Shown: one piece after another, positions 46,572 through 55,854 of the stretch
How the letters are laid out: every line of letters begins with the position of its first letter
Numbering within the stretch: the first letter of the stretch is position 1
The notes under the pieces: generated by a model
Told to the model about the DNA's origin: nothing
The model's input: the letters and a program-made list of their open reading frames with translations, nothing else
The model's database searches: none
Program-made: the position numbers and the translations under genes
Assembly (NCBI GenBank): GCA_002869165.1
Contig: PKTK01000001.1
Coordinates: forward strand, 318,005 to 382,004
Direction of reading: 5' to 3'
Length of the DNA stretch: 64,000 bases
Origin: Candidatus Parcubacteria bacterium
Lineage (GTDB): Bacteria; Patescibacteriota; Patescibacteriia; Patescibacteriales; UBA12075

Positions 46572-49199
46572 ATGTTTAATAAATTTACAAATAAATCACA
46601 AGAAGTGATCATAAACGCACAAGTAATAGCGCAAGATAATGGTCAACAGCAAATAGAGTCTTTACATATTTTGGCTGCACTATTAACTCAATCTGAGAGT
46701 TTGGTAAAACCAATTTTAGAGAAACTGGAAGTTGAACCAGAATATGTTGAAGATTTAGTTTTTGACAAAATTGAAGCTTTGCCAAAGACTGTAGCTACGG
46801 CTAATGCTGGTACTGTTCAGGGTACTGCTGAAGTAGCAATGGTACTTGAAAAGGCTAAAAAAGAAGCTGACCAGATGGGAGATGAATTTATTTCTACTGA
46901 ACATATCTTCTTGTCGCTTATAAGTGTAAAGTCAGAAGCACAAAAGATTTTACTCGGACTAAAAATTGAGTACAATACAGTAATGAAGATTTTGTCAGAA
47001 CTTAGGGGTTCACAAAAAGTCGACTCCCCTGACCCAGAAACAAAATATAAAGTCTTGGAAAAATATGCAACTAATTTAACTGATATGGCTAGAAAAAAGA
47101 AACTTGATCCAGTAATTGGCAGAGATGAAGAGATAAGACGTATTATGCAAGTTCTTTCTAGAAGAACCAAGAATAACCCTGTTTTAATAGGAGAAGCTGG
47201 AACTGGTAAAACTGCTATAATTGAAGGTTTGGCCCAGAGAATAATTTCTGGAGATGTTCCAGAGACCCTCAAAAACAAAGAACTTTTAAGTCTTGATCTA
47301 GGAGCTTTGGTTGCGGGAGCGAAATTTCGTGGTGAGTTTGAAGATCGACTAAAAGCAGTTCTAAAAGAAATTAAATCCCAAGAAGGTAAAATAATACTTT
47401 TTATTGATGAGCTTCATACTATCGTTGGAGCTGGAGCTTCGGAAGGTTCTATGGATGCTTCCAATATGCTTAAGCCGGCTTTGGCTCGTGGTGAACTTCG
47501 AAGTATTGGAGCTACCACAACCAAAGAATATCAAAAATATATTGAAAAAGACGCAGCTCTTGAGCGAAGATTTCAGCCAATTTTTGTTTCTGAACCAAGC
47601 ATAGAAGATACAATCGCCATACTACGTGGCATCAAAGAAAAGTATGAAGTTCACCATGGTGTCAGAATAACTGATGATGCTTTGATTGCTTCGGCTAAAT
47701 TATCTGCTAGATATATTAGTGATAGATTTTTGCCCGATAAAGCGGTTGATTTGATGGATGAAGCAACCTCTGGTCTTCGTATGGAGATTGATTCTATGCC
47801 GGAAGATATTGATAAATTAAAAAGAGATATTAAAAGATTAGAGATTGAAAAGGCAGGACTTAAAAAAGACAAAAAAGGAGCTTCAAAACTAAGAGGAATC
47901 AATAAAAAATTAACTGAACTCAAAGAAGAAGCTAATCAACTGGAGTTACACTGGAATAATGAAAAGAATATTATTGCTAAGATTAGTGAAACTAAAAAAG
48001 AAATAGATAAACTAAAAGCTGAAGCTGAGATAATTGAAAGAAAAGGTGATGATCTAACTCGAGTTGCTGAGATTCGTTATTCAATGATTCCTGAGTATGA
48101 GAAAAAAGTTCAGAAGTTTGAAGAAGAATTAAATAGTATTCAAAAGAAAGGTCAAAGAATCTTAAAAGAAGAGATAGATGAAGAAGATATTGCCAAAGTT
48201 GTTTCTCGTTGGACTGGTATACCAGTATCCAAAATGCTTGAGTCAGAGATTCAAAAATTAGCCAAAGCAGAAGTTGAACTGGAGAAACGTGTCAGAGGGC
48301 AAGAATCAGCTATCAAAGCAGTTGCCAATGCTATCAGACGTTCTCGAGCAGGAATTTCTGAAGAAAAAAAGCCAATTGGTTCATTCTTGTTTGTTGGTCC
48401 AACAGGAGTTGGCAAGACTGAATTAGCCAAAACTTTAGCTGAATTTATGTTTAATGACGAAGCATCTTTAATTAGATTAGATATGTCGGAATTTATGGAG
48501 AAGCACTCAGTGGCTAAAATTATTGGTTCCCCTCCTGGTTATATTGGACATGACGAAGGTGGTCAATTGACCGAACAAGTCAGACGAAGGCCTTATTCAG
48601 TGATATTGTTTGATGAGATTGAAAAAGCTCACCCAGAAGTTTTTAATATATTGTTGCAAATTCTTGATGATGGTAGATTATCTGATTCTAAGGGACGAGA
48701 AGTAAACTTTAAAAATACTATTATTATCATGACATCGAATCTTGGTAATGAGGTTATCAAGCATTATTCTATTGGTTTTTCTGACGGTTCTGATAAACAA
48801 AATGAAATCAAACATCGTGAAAATGAAATGAAAGAAAAAATCGAGAATATTTTAAAAGATCATTTTAAGTTAGAATTTTTGAATAGAATTGATGAAACAG
48901 TGATCTTTAAAAGCCTTGATAAGTTAGCTCTTTCTGAAATTGTTGATTTAGAACTTGCTAAAGTAGAAAAACGTTTGTTGGATAAAAATATTAAGATTAG
49001 AATTGCCGCTAAAGTTAAAAAACATTTAGCTGAAAAAGGCTTTGATATCACCTTTGGAGCTAGGCCACTTAAACGTATTATTCAGAACACAATTTTAGAC
49101 GAATTGGCATTAGATATAATTGAAGGTAAAGTTAAGGAAGGTGATAACATAACTATTGATCTCGGAGTTAATCATAAATTGATGTTGAAAGTTAAGTAG
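46572..49199 (+). CDS. clpB: chaperone ClpB (Hsp100 disaggregase)
   Basis: 875 aa. Clp_N, NBD1 ([16 protein letters not shown]), long coiled-coil M-domain, NBD2 ([20 protein letters not shown]). Confidence 0.95.
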   Translation: MFNKFTNKSQEVIINAQVIAQDNGQQQIESLHILAALLTQSESLVKPILEKLEVEPEYVEDLVFDKIEALPKTVATANAGTVQGTAEVAMVLEKAKKEADQMGDEFISTEHIFLSLISVKSEAQKILLGLKIEYNTVMKILSELRGSQKVDSPDPETKYKVLEKYATNLTDMARKKKLDPVIGRDEEIRRIMQVLSRRTKNNPVLIGEAGTGKTAIIEGLAQRIISGDVPETLKNKELLSLDLGALVAGAKFRGEFEDRLKAVLKEIKSQEGKIILFIDELHTIVGAGASEGSMDASNMLKPALARGELRSIGATTTKEYQKYIEKDAALERRFQPIFVSEPSIEDTIAILRGIKEKYEVHHGVRITDDALIASAKLSARYISDRFLPDKAVDLMDEATSGLRMEIDSMPEDIDKLKRDIKRLEIEKAGLKKDKKGASKLRGINKKLTELKEEANQLELHWNNEKNIIAKISETKKEIDKLKAEAEIIERKGDDLTRVAEIRYSMIPEYEKKVQKFEEELNSIQKKGQRILKEEIDEEDIAKVVSRWTGIPVSKMLESEIQKLAKAEVELEKRVRGQESAIKAVANAIRRSRAGISEEKKPIGSFLFVGPTGVGKTELAKTLAEFMFNDEASLIRLDMSEFMEKHSVAKIIGSPPGYIGHDEGGQLTEQVRRRPYSVILFDEIEKAHPEVFNILLQILDDGRLSDSKGREVNFKNTIIIMTSNLGNEVIKHYSIGFSDGSDKQNEIKHRENEMKEKIENILKDHFKLEFLNRIDETVIFKSLDKLALSEIVDLELAKVEKRLLDKNIKIRIAAKVKKHLAEKGFDITFGARPLKRIIQNTILDELALDIIEGKVKEGDNITIDLGVNHKLMLKVK

Positions 49200-49225
49200 A
49201 GATGCATATCATTCAGCAATAAAAA

Positions 49226-49247
49226 ACAGGCCTTCAGGCCTGTTTTT
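49226..49247 (+). terminator. rho-independent terminator
   Basis: ACAGGCC-TTCA-GGCCTGT followed by TTTT. Confidence 0.8.
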
Positions 49248-49442
49248 GTATGTCTTCTTATTCTCAGTTATGGGTATCCAATAATCCAGAAAAACAAAAA
49301 AATTAACCGAAAAATCTTTTTTTGTTATACGATATATATTGTGTGATAACTGATATGTAATAAAATTTGTGATAAGATTTAAAATATTGTATAATTGTAT
49401 AATGTAAATAATTAAAAGTTAATCCTTTCATGCTAAAAAAAT

Positions 49443-51089
49443 ATGAATAATAAACACAGATGGTTGATAGTATTTATCTTCATTATTTCGCTAACAATCG
49501 CAGTAAAAGCTGAAGCAGCTACATTTGACCCTGCTTATATTATTTCTGATGAAGAAATGACTAACGCAGATTCAATGACATTGGCTGATATTGAAGCCTT
49601 TTTAAAGTTAAAAGGAGGATATATTTCTAGGAATTATTTTTTGAGTTCAGATGGTGAACTTATGTCAGCTGCTCAAATCATATATAATGCAGCGCACAAC
49701 TATGATTGTGAAGGAGTTGAACTTAGCGACAGTCCAAATAGAACTGAAAGAGTTAATAAATGTCGTTACGCTCCTGTTAATCCAAAATTATTGTTAGTTT
49801 TATTACAAAAAGAGCAAAGCTTAATCGAAGAAATGTCTCCGACAGAAAAACAGTTAGCTTGGGCAACTGGATATGCGGTTTGTGATAATTGTTCAATGTC
49901 TGACCCAAGTATTCAACGCTGGAAAGGTTTTGGTAGGCAGGTAAATTCCGCTAGTCTTCAGTTTTCTGATTACATGAGAAATCCACAAAATTATGGTTTT
50001 CAAGCAGGAAAAACTTACAGTATCACAAACACAGGTAGACCGGCTATGATTGTAACGATTCAAAATCAAGCTACTGCAGCACTTTATAATTATACACCAC
50101 ATGTTTATTGGGGAAACTATAATTTTTTCAAACTTTGGACGAAGTATTTCACAAGATCATATCCAAATAATTCACTGCTTCAAGTAAAAGGTGAAAATGG
50201 GGTTTGGTTAATAAAAGACGGAAAAAGAAGAGCTTTTATGACTCGTGGTGCTTTAACTAGTAGATATGATGTAAATAAAGTAATCCAAGTATCTAAGTCT
50301 GATTTGGAAATGTATGAAGAAGGATCTCCTATTAAATTTGCTCAGTACTCCTTGCTTCGTTCTCCTCGAGGAACAATATTTTTACTAGTAGATGATACTA
50401 GGAGAGGTTTTGCTTCACAAGAGGCTTTTAGAAAACTTGGCTTTAACCCAGAAGAGATAATTGATGCTAGTTGGGAAGATATTAATCTTTATGATGAAAT
50501 AGAATCAATTACAGAAGATTCTATGTATCCAACCGGTGCCTTACTTCAAGATAAAGCTACTGGTGGAATATATTTTGTTAGAAATGGAACAAAGGCTCCT
50601 CTTTGGGATAGGGTTTTGCTCGAAACTAAATTTATGATGAACTCAATATTCCCTGTTGACTCTGAGAAGTTGGATAGCTTTAAAACAGTTGAACCAGCTA
50701 TATTTGACGATGGTGAGTTGTTATCACCAACTAACTCCCCCGCTGTTTACGTGATTGATAACCATAAAAGAAGACCAATCGTTTCTGGAGAAGCTTTTGA
50801 GGATTTAGGTTATAAATGGGAGAATATTATTACTGTACCTGAAAATATTATAAATTTATATGAGGAAGGTGAGATTTTGGGCCTAAAATTTGAAGAGTCA
50901 GATATTGAAATAATCGATCCAATGGCTTCAACTACTATTGATATGTTGATTGCTTCTGGTTCAGAAAATATGTTGATTGCTTCAGGAACTGAGTATATAC
51001 TTGACCAAGATGACTTAGAATTAGACAAAGAAACATTAGAAGAAGTTCAACAGATACTTTATCCATATTTTAAATTTACACAAGACTAA
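49443..51089 (+). CDS. secreted protein, function unknown
   Basis: 548 aa. Signal peptide (LIVFIFIISLTIAVKAEA). No catalytic motif recognised. Confidence 0.6.
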   Translation: MNNKHRWLIVFIFIISLTIAVKAEAATFDPAYIISDEEMTNADSMTLADIEAFLKLKGGYISRNYFLSSDGELMSAAQIIYNAAHNYDCEGVELSDSPNRTERVNKCRYAPVNPKLLLVLLQKEQSLIEEMSPTEKQLAWATGYAVCDNCSMSDPSIQRWKGFGRQVNSASLQFSDYMRNPQNYGFQAGKTYSITNTGRPAMIVTIQNQATAALYNYTPHVYWGNYNFFKLWTKYFTRSYPNNSLLQVKGENGVWLIKDGKRRAFMTRGALTSRYDVNKVIQVSKSDLEMYEEGSPIKFAQYSLLRSPRGTIFLLVDDTRRGFASQEAFRKLGFNPEEIIDASWEDINLYDEIESITEDSMYPTGALLQDKATGGIYFVRNGTKAPLWDRVLLETKFMMNSIFPVDSEKLDSFKTVEPAIFDDGELLSPTNSPAVYVIDNHKRRPIVSGEAFEDLGYKWENIITVPENIINLYEEGEILGLKFEESDIEIIDPMASTTIDMLIASGSENMLIASGTEYILDQDDLELDKETLEEVQQILYPYFKFTQD

Positions 51090-51090
51090 T

Positions 51091-51879
51091 ATGTCAATTG
51101 TATTTTCAGCCATACTACCCCATCCGCCTATATTAATACCTCAAATTGGTAAAGAAAATATTGGTCAATTGGAAAAGACTTTGCAGGCAATAGAAAAGTT
51201 GCGCAAGGATTTTATTGATAGTGGAGCGGAAACAATTATGATTATTTCTCCTCATGGAATAATTCAAAATGATGCCTTCACTATGAATCTATGTCCAGAA
51301 TTTAAGTGTGACTTTGAAGATTTTGGTGATTTTTCCACTAAATGTACTTGGCCAGGTAATGTTGGTCTTTCTCATAAGTTAAGAGAGGCACTTGAGGTAA
51401 CTGCCCCGCTACAGTTAATAAGTGAAGAGAATTTGGATTATGGAACTTCCGTTCCTTTGTGTGTACTAACTGAAGGCAAGCCAAATTTAAAACTTATACC
51501 TCTTTACTATTCTGGACTCAATAACGAAGCTCATTATAAATTTGGGCAAGTCATGAAAAAGGAGTTATTAAAAAGAAGAGAGCCTGTTGCGATTATTGCC
51601 TCAGGAGATCTTTCTCATCGTTTGGAGAAAAATGCTCCTGGCGGTTATTCGTCAAAAGGAAAAAAGTTTGATAATAGACTTATCAAACTTCTTCAAGAAA
51701 AAAATATCGAAAAAATAATAAATATGGATGAAGGATTGATTGTAGAAGCTGGTGAATGTGGACTTAAATCAATTCTTATTTTACTTGGTATACTGGATGA
51801 CATAAACTACAACCCCAAGCTTCTATCATATGAAGCTCCGTTTGGAGTTGGTTACATGACAATGAATTTTAAGTTTTAG
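51091..51879 (+). CDS. class III extradiol dioxygenase subunit B-like (LigB/Memo superfamily) protein
   Basis: FSAILPHPPILIP, IISPHG, ASGDLSHRL follow the LigB-family His pattern. Confidence 0.6.
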   Translation: MSIVFSAILPHPPILIPQIGKENIGQLEKTLQAIEKLRKDFIDSGAETIMIISPHGIIQNDAFTMNLCPEFKCDFEDFGDFSTKCTWPGNVGLSHKLREALEVTAPLQLISEENLDYGTSVPLCVLTEGKPNLKLIPLYYSGLNNEAHYKFGQVMKKELLKRREPVAIIASGDLSHRLEKNAPGGYSSKGKKFDNRLIKLLQEKNIEKIINMDEGLIVEAGECGLKSILILLGILDDINYNPKLLSYEAPFGVGYMTMNFKF

Positions 51880-52145
51880 TCCGTGTCATTCACTACTTTA
51901 AAAAAGTATTTCCATTTTTCCCTGGAATGACACAGTTCTTTTGTGTCATTCAGACTATTAATAATGTGTTGCTTGGGGAAGTCTTTGCAAACCTTAAAAA
52001 CAGAACTTCTTTTGTCATTAGGAACTCTAAGATCTTTTATGATGCGCAGAGCTAAATCTTGCCATTCGTATACTGGTGCTTTTTTAGACTTGATTTTGCT
52101 AGCAAAAATATCTTTTATATTGGAAAAATCTTTTTCTTCTTTCAT
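51876..52145 (-). CDS. hypothetical protein
   Basis: 89-aa basic ORF, convergent with and overlapping the previous gene by 4 nt. Confidence 0.45.
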   Translation of the reverse strand: MKEEKDFSNIKDIFASKIKSKKAPVYEWQDLALRIIKDLRVPNDKRSSVFKVCKDFPKQHIINSLNDTKELCHSREKWKYFFKVVNDTD

Positions 52146-52195
52146 ACTTGATTATTTTATAATCTTTTGTTACTATTTTATCTTAGTTTAGAAAT

Positions 52196-52663
52196 ATGTC
52201 AAAAATTTACAATATTGTTACACATCCAGCAGAGTCTCTTCGGAAAAGATCAGAAGAGATTAATATTCAGGATATAAGAAATCCTGATTTTTTAGTATTG
52301 TTCAAGGATATGAAAAAAACTATGCTAAAGAAAGATGGAGTTGGTTTAGCAGCCCCTCAGATCGGTAAAAATATCAGATTGATAATTGTAAATACTTACG
52401 ATGGACCAACAGCTATGATAAACCCAATAATCAATAAAAAGTCATGGGCAAAAGTCATAGGAGAAGAAGGGTGTATATCAGTACCTAATACATTTGGAGA
52501 TGTAAGTAGACATAAGAAAATTATATATTCTTATATTGACGAAAAAGGAAGAAATAAAAAGCTGGAAGCGAAAGACATGGAAGCTAGCATTATCCAGCAT
52601 GAGATTGACCATTTGGACGGAATTTTGTTTATTGATAAAGCAAAAAACATTAAGAAGGCTTAA
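52196..52663 (+). CDS. def: peptide deformylase
   Basis: GVGLAAPQIG, EGCISVP, QHEIDHLDG. Confidence 0.95.
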   Translation: MSKIYNIVTHPAESLRKRSEEINIQDIRNPDFLVLFKDMKKTMLKKDGVGLAAPQIGKNIRLIIVNTYDGPTAMINPIINKKSWAKVIGEEGCISVPNTFGDVSRHKKIIYSYIDEKGRNKKLEAKDMEASIIQHEIDHLDGILFIDKAKNIKKA

Positions 52664-53640
52664 TTTTCTTCCACTGTTTTTTCCTTTTTCTTTGATGCAT
52701 TGTTGAGAACTTGAACAATAAAGTAACCAATAAACATAATAAAAATTGCAATAAAGAATTCTTTGTTGATTTCAGGTAATACATTCCTTTCAGCAATTGT
52801 ATAAACCTCCCCGTTAATGATTTTTTGATCAATGGCTTCTTTCAAGGGCCATATTTTTTTTATAGAGCCAATGATCAACCCAGTTAATATTGCTAAAGTG
52901 AGATTGTAGTTTTTATCAAAAAGTTTTGCTATTATTCTTGAGATAGTAATAACACCTATCAGGCACCCTGAGGCAAAGATCACTAGTATAATGATGTTTT
53001 CGCTTTGGAGTGGATTTTTGGCAGCATTTAAGATAAATTCATATTTCCCTATTAAGAGGAGAAGAAAAGATCCGCTAATTCCCGGAAGTATCATGGCAGT
53101 TATAGCAATAATGCCTGAAATAAAAATAAACCATAAATATTCGGGAGTGGTTGTTGGGATAATATTTACAATTATGAAACCAATAAATGAACCAATCAAA
53201 AGTCCGAGTCCACCAGATCCCCATATGTTTTTTATCTTTTCACCAATGATAAATATAGATGAAAGAATGAGACCGAAGAAAAGCGACCAAGTATAAATAG
53301 CCTGATTTTGCAAGAGAAATGAAATAAGATTGGCAAAAACAAATATTGAAAAAAGTATACCTGAAACTAGAGTAAGTAAAAATCTAAAGTGAGAGGTGCA
53401 TAATGCCTCCTTGATTTGAAATTTTAGTAGTTGCAAGAAGAATTTTAAATTTATTGACTTAACAGCATTCATTAAATTTTTGTATATGCCAGTAATAAAA
53501 GCAACAGTGCCACCAGAAACCCCTGGAACCAAATCAGCCGCGCCCATTGCCATACCTTTGGCAAATAAAAGCAAGAACTCTAGCTTTGCTCTAGGTCCTG
53601 GTGAATAAAAATATGCTTCTTTCCAAGTAAGTTTATTCAT
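52660..53640 (-). CDS. DUF368 membrane protein (family implicated in undecaprenyl-phosphate recycling)
   Basis: GAADLVPGVSGGTVAFITGIY and a second PGISGSFLLLLIG half-repeat. Polytopic. Confidence 0.8.
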   Translation of the reverse strand: MNKLTWKEAYFYSPGPRAKLEFLLLFAKGMAMGAADLVPGVSGGTVAFITGIYKNLMNAVKSINLKFFLQLLKFQIKEALCTSHFRFLLTLVSGILFSIFVFANLISFLLQNQAIYTWSLFFGLILSSIFIIGEKIKNIWGSGGLGLLIGSFIGFIIVNIIPTTTPEYLWFIFISGIIAITAMILPGISGSFLLLLIGKYEFILNAAKNPLQSENIIILVIFASGCLIGVITISRIIAKLFDKNYNLTLAILTGLIIGSIKKIWPLKEAIDQKIINGEVYTIAERNVLPEINKEFFIAIFIMFIGYFIVQVLNNASKKKEKTVEEN

Positions 53641-53689
53641 GCTTTAATGTAATTATTATTAATTATATCTTAACACATTAAATTTAAAA

Positions 53690-54610
53690 ATGACAAATAA
53701 AATAAAAACAATTTTTATTGGTACACCAAGGATTGCTGTTCCTAGCTTTGAAAAATTGGTTTTTAGTGATTATTTTGAAGTTTTGGCAGTTATAACCCAA
53801 AAGGACAAAAAAGTGGGCAGAAAGCAAGAAATAAGCCTTTCAGAAGTCAAAAAAAGGGCCCTTGAGCATAATATAGATGTTTTACAGCCAGAAAAGATAA
53901 AGGATATAAAAAATGATATTTTAAACCTTAAACCTGATATAGTAGTAGTAATGGCCTATGGTCAGATTATTCCCAAGGATATTTTAGATATTCCAAAATA
54001 TGGATTTGTAAATATTCACACTTCCCTACTCCCAGAATATCGTGGTGCTTCTTGTATTCAGTCAGCAATTTTGAATCAAGATGAAGTAACAGGTGTTACC
54101 TTCATGCAAATGGATGAGGGTATGGATACAGGGCCAATTATTGCTCAAAAGGAATTGAGAATAAACAATAATGATTATGAAGAGCTGGTAATTAGATTGG
54201 CTGATTTAAGTGCTCAAAATATTGAAGAGGTTTTATGTCTCTATGTAAAAGGAGAATTGTTGCCAAAAAAGCAAAATGATAATCTGGCTACATACACCAC
54301 AATAATAAAAAAGCAGGCTGGTAAAATAGATTTTAATATGAATTCAGAAAAAGTATTGGCAATGTATCGAGCTTACAAAAAATGGCCAGGAATTTATATT
54401 GAAAAAGCAAATAAAAATATTAAATTAATTGAACTTGGCAATGAGACGGACAAAGGGAAAAAGAAAGCCGGTGATCTGTATAAAAAAAATGAACAACTAT
54501 TCTTAATGCTTAATGATACCGCAGTTGAGATTAAAAAAATTCAAGTTTCAGGTAAAAAAGTTATTGAAGCCAAGAATTTTATACAAGGTTATTCATATCT
54601 TCTATCATAA
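53690..54610 (+). CDS. fmt: methionyl-tRNA formyltransferase
   Basis: IFIGTP, NIHTSLLPEYRGASCIQSAI, C-terminal beta-barrel domain, 306 aa. Confidence 0.9.
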   Translation: MTNKIKTIFIGTPRIAVPSFEKLVFSDYFEVLAVITQKDKKVGRKQEISLSEVKKRALEHNIDVLQPEKIKDIKNDILNLKPDIVVVMAYGQIIPKDILDIPKYGFVNIHTSLLPEYRGASCIQSAILNQDEVTGVTFMQMDEGMDTGPIIAQKELRINNNDYEELVIRLADLSAQNIEEVLCLYVKGELLPKKQNDNLATYTTIIKKQAGKIDFNMNSEKVLAMYRAYKKWPGIYIEKANKNIKLIELGNETDKGKKKAGDLYKKNEQLFLMLNDTAVEIKKIQVSGKKVIEAKNFIQGYSYLLS

Positions 54611-54974
54611 AGATGTTAAAGAAAAAAAGCACCCGCACATCATATGATGCGCGGGCGCTTTAATCCCCATGCTTTTGGCTCTTTAAAATGAGTTCAAGAG
54701 CCTCTTAAGATATTGATGTAAAATCAATATATACTTAAGTGTTTGCATTATACATTATTATATTTTTTTGTCAAGACCCCTACTTGTACATAAGCTGTTA
54801 AAAAGCTGTGGATACTGTATAAAAATTGTGTACACTTAGACAATAAGTAAATATACATTAAAAATATACATTTTAATATACATACGAGGAATAAAGTATT
54901 GATAAATAAAAAAAACTATGTTATGATAAATTTTGTTAAATTTGTAAAAAGAGTTTTTGAAAAAAAATAAAGAT

Positions 54975-55046
54975 GGCCCCTTCGTCTAGTGGTTAGGACG
55001 CGAGGTTCTCATCCTTGAAACAGGGGTTCGATTCCCCTAGGGGTCA
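54975..55046 (+). tRNA. tRNA-Glu (anticodon CUC)
   Basis: Hand-folded cloverleaf. Acceptor GGCCCCT/AGGGGTC, D arm GTCT/GGAC, anticodon stem CGAGG/CCTTG with loop TTCTCAT, 4-nt variable region, T arm AGGGG-TTCGATT-CCCCT. CCA is not encoded. Confidence 0.9.
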
Positions 55047-55051
55047 CAAAT

Positions 55052-55085
55052 AAAAATACCGGGTGAATACCTGGTGTTTTTATTT
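55052..55085 (+). terminator. rho-independent terminator after the tRNA
   Basis: AAAAATACCGGG, loop TGAATA, CCTGGTGTTTTT (12 pairs including GU), T-rich tail. Confidence 0.65.
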
Positions 55086-55206
55086 GTGATATTTAGGTAG
55101 GATAGATCACCTTGTGATTATGCTTGGGAATAGAAAAATCCAAATATATGAGACCAATTTCATAAAGTAAAAACTAGTTATTTTGAGGGTGTGAGGCTTC
55201 CGCCTC

Positions 55207-55232
55207 TTCGATTCCCCTAGGGGTCACAAATA
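55207..55232 (+). repeat. 26-bp direct repeat of the tRNA-Glu 3' end (att-like)
   Basis: TTCGATTCCCCTAGGGGTCACAAATA at 55027-55052 (T-loop through 6 nt past the tRNA) is repeated exactly at 55207-55232. The upstream part of the tRNA is not repeated. Confidence 0.9.
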
Positions 55233-55280
55233 TGAATGGACTGCGGATGCTGTTTGTTTTTTTTGTGCAGTTAGTAAAAT

Positions 55281-55303
55281 AAAAACAGCTACTTAGTAGC
55301 TGT
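55281..55303 (-). terminator. terminator of the minus-strand gene 55313-55729
   Basis: ACAGCTA-CTTAG-TAGCTGT, with a T-run on the minus strand. Confidence 0.6.
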
Positions 55304-55312
55304 TGTAAATTT

Positions 55313-55729
55313 TTATTTGTTTGAGTTCCATTCCACATCCTTTTTTGTGGGCTTAGCCAATTTGGACACTATCTGACTTTCAAGATATTCCCAGATAATA
55401 ATACCTTTTATAGGTTTGTGGGTTTTGGATACGCTTTTTTGTTCTAGTGAGGTGATACTTTTAGTTTGAAGGTCTAGGTGAAAATTTTGAAAGAATAAAT
55501 CATCTTCAAGAACAATTGATTCAATAATCAAAGATCTTTTATTATTTGGAATGATTTTTAGCACTTTCCCTTTGTTAGCAATAAATTCTAAAATGTACTT
55601 AATCAAGATATCAATGATGCTTGTTTCAGCGTGTATGTTTTTTAAGGTTATGCCAATAATTTCAGCTCTTTTTCTAGTAATATTTTTTGTTTCTATTTCA
55701 AATACAGTGTGATTTTTTTTATTAGCCAT
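55313..55729 (-). CDS. hypothetical protein
   Basis: 138 aa. Strong SD (AAAGGAGGAAT). No family recognised. Confidence 0.55.
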   Translation of the reverse strand: MANKKNHTVFEIETKNITRKRAEIIGITLKNIHAETSIIDILIKYILEFIANKGKVLKIIPNNKRSLIIESIVLEDDLFFQNFHLDLQTKSITSLEQKSVSKTHKPIKGIIIWEYLESQIVSKLAKPTKKDVEWNSNK

Positions 55730-55854
55730 AATTCCTCCTTTTTTTAAATGATCGTTCTACAAATTTTAGAAAAAGATATCTATTTTGTCAATTGACTATT
55801 GATAATAATAATGATATTTTTATTATAATTTCGTAGTTCTTTATACTAATACAA

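Noticed and set aside
54770-54900. Replication origin (GTATCCACA-like DnaA box at ~54810, repeated ATATACAT motifs)
   Set aside because: Only one sequence is within one mismatch of TTATCCACA. No dnaA or dnaN is nearby, and no clustered boxes are seen. The AT-rich repeats are unremarkable for this genome.
55140-55232. A second, tandem tRNA gene ending at 55226
   Set aside because: Only the T-loop and 3' acceptor half are present. The sequence upstream (GAGGCTTCCGCCTC) cannot form the T-stem, anticodon arm or D arm.
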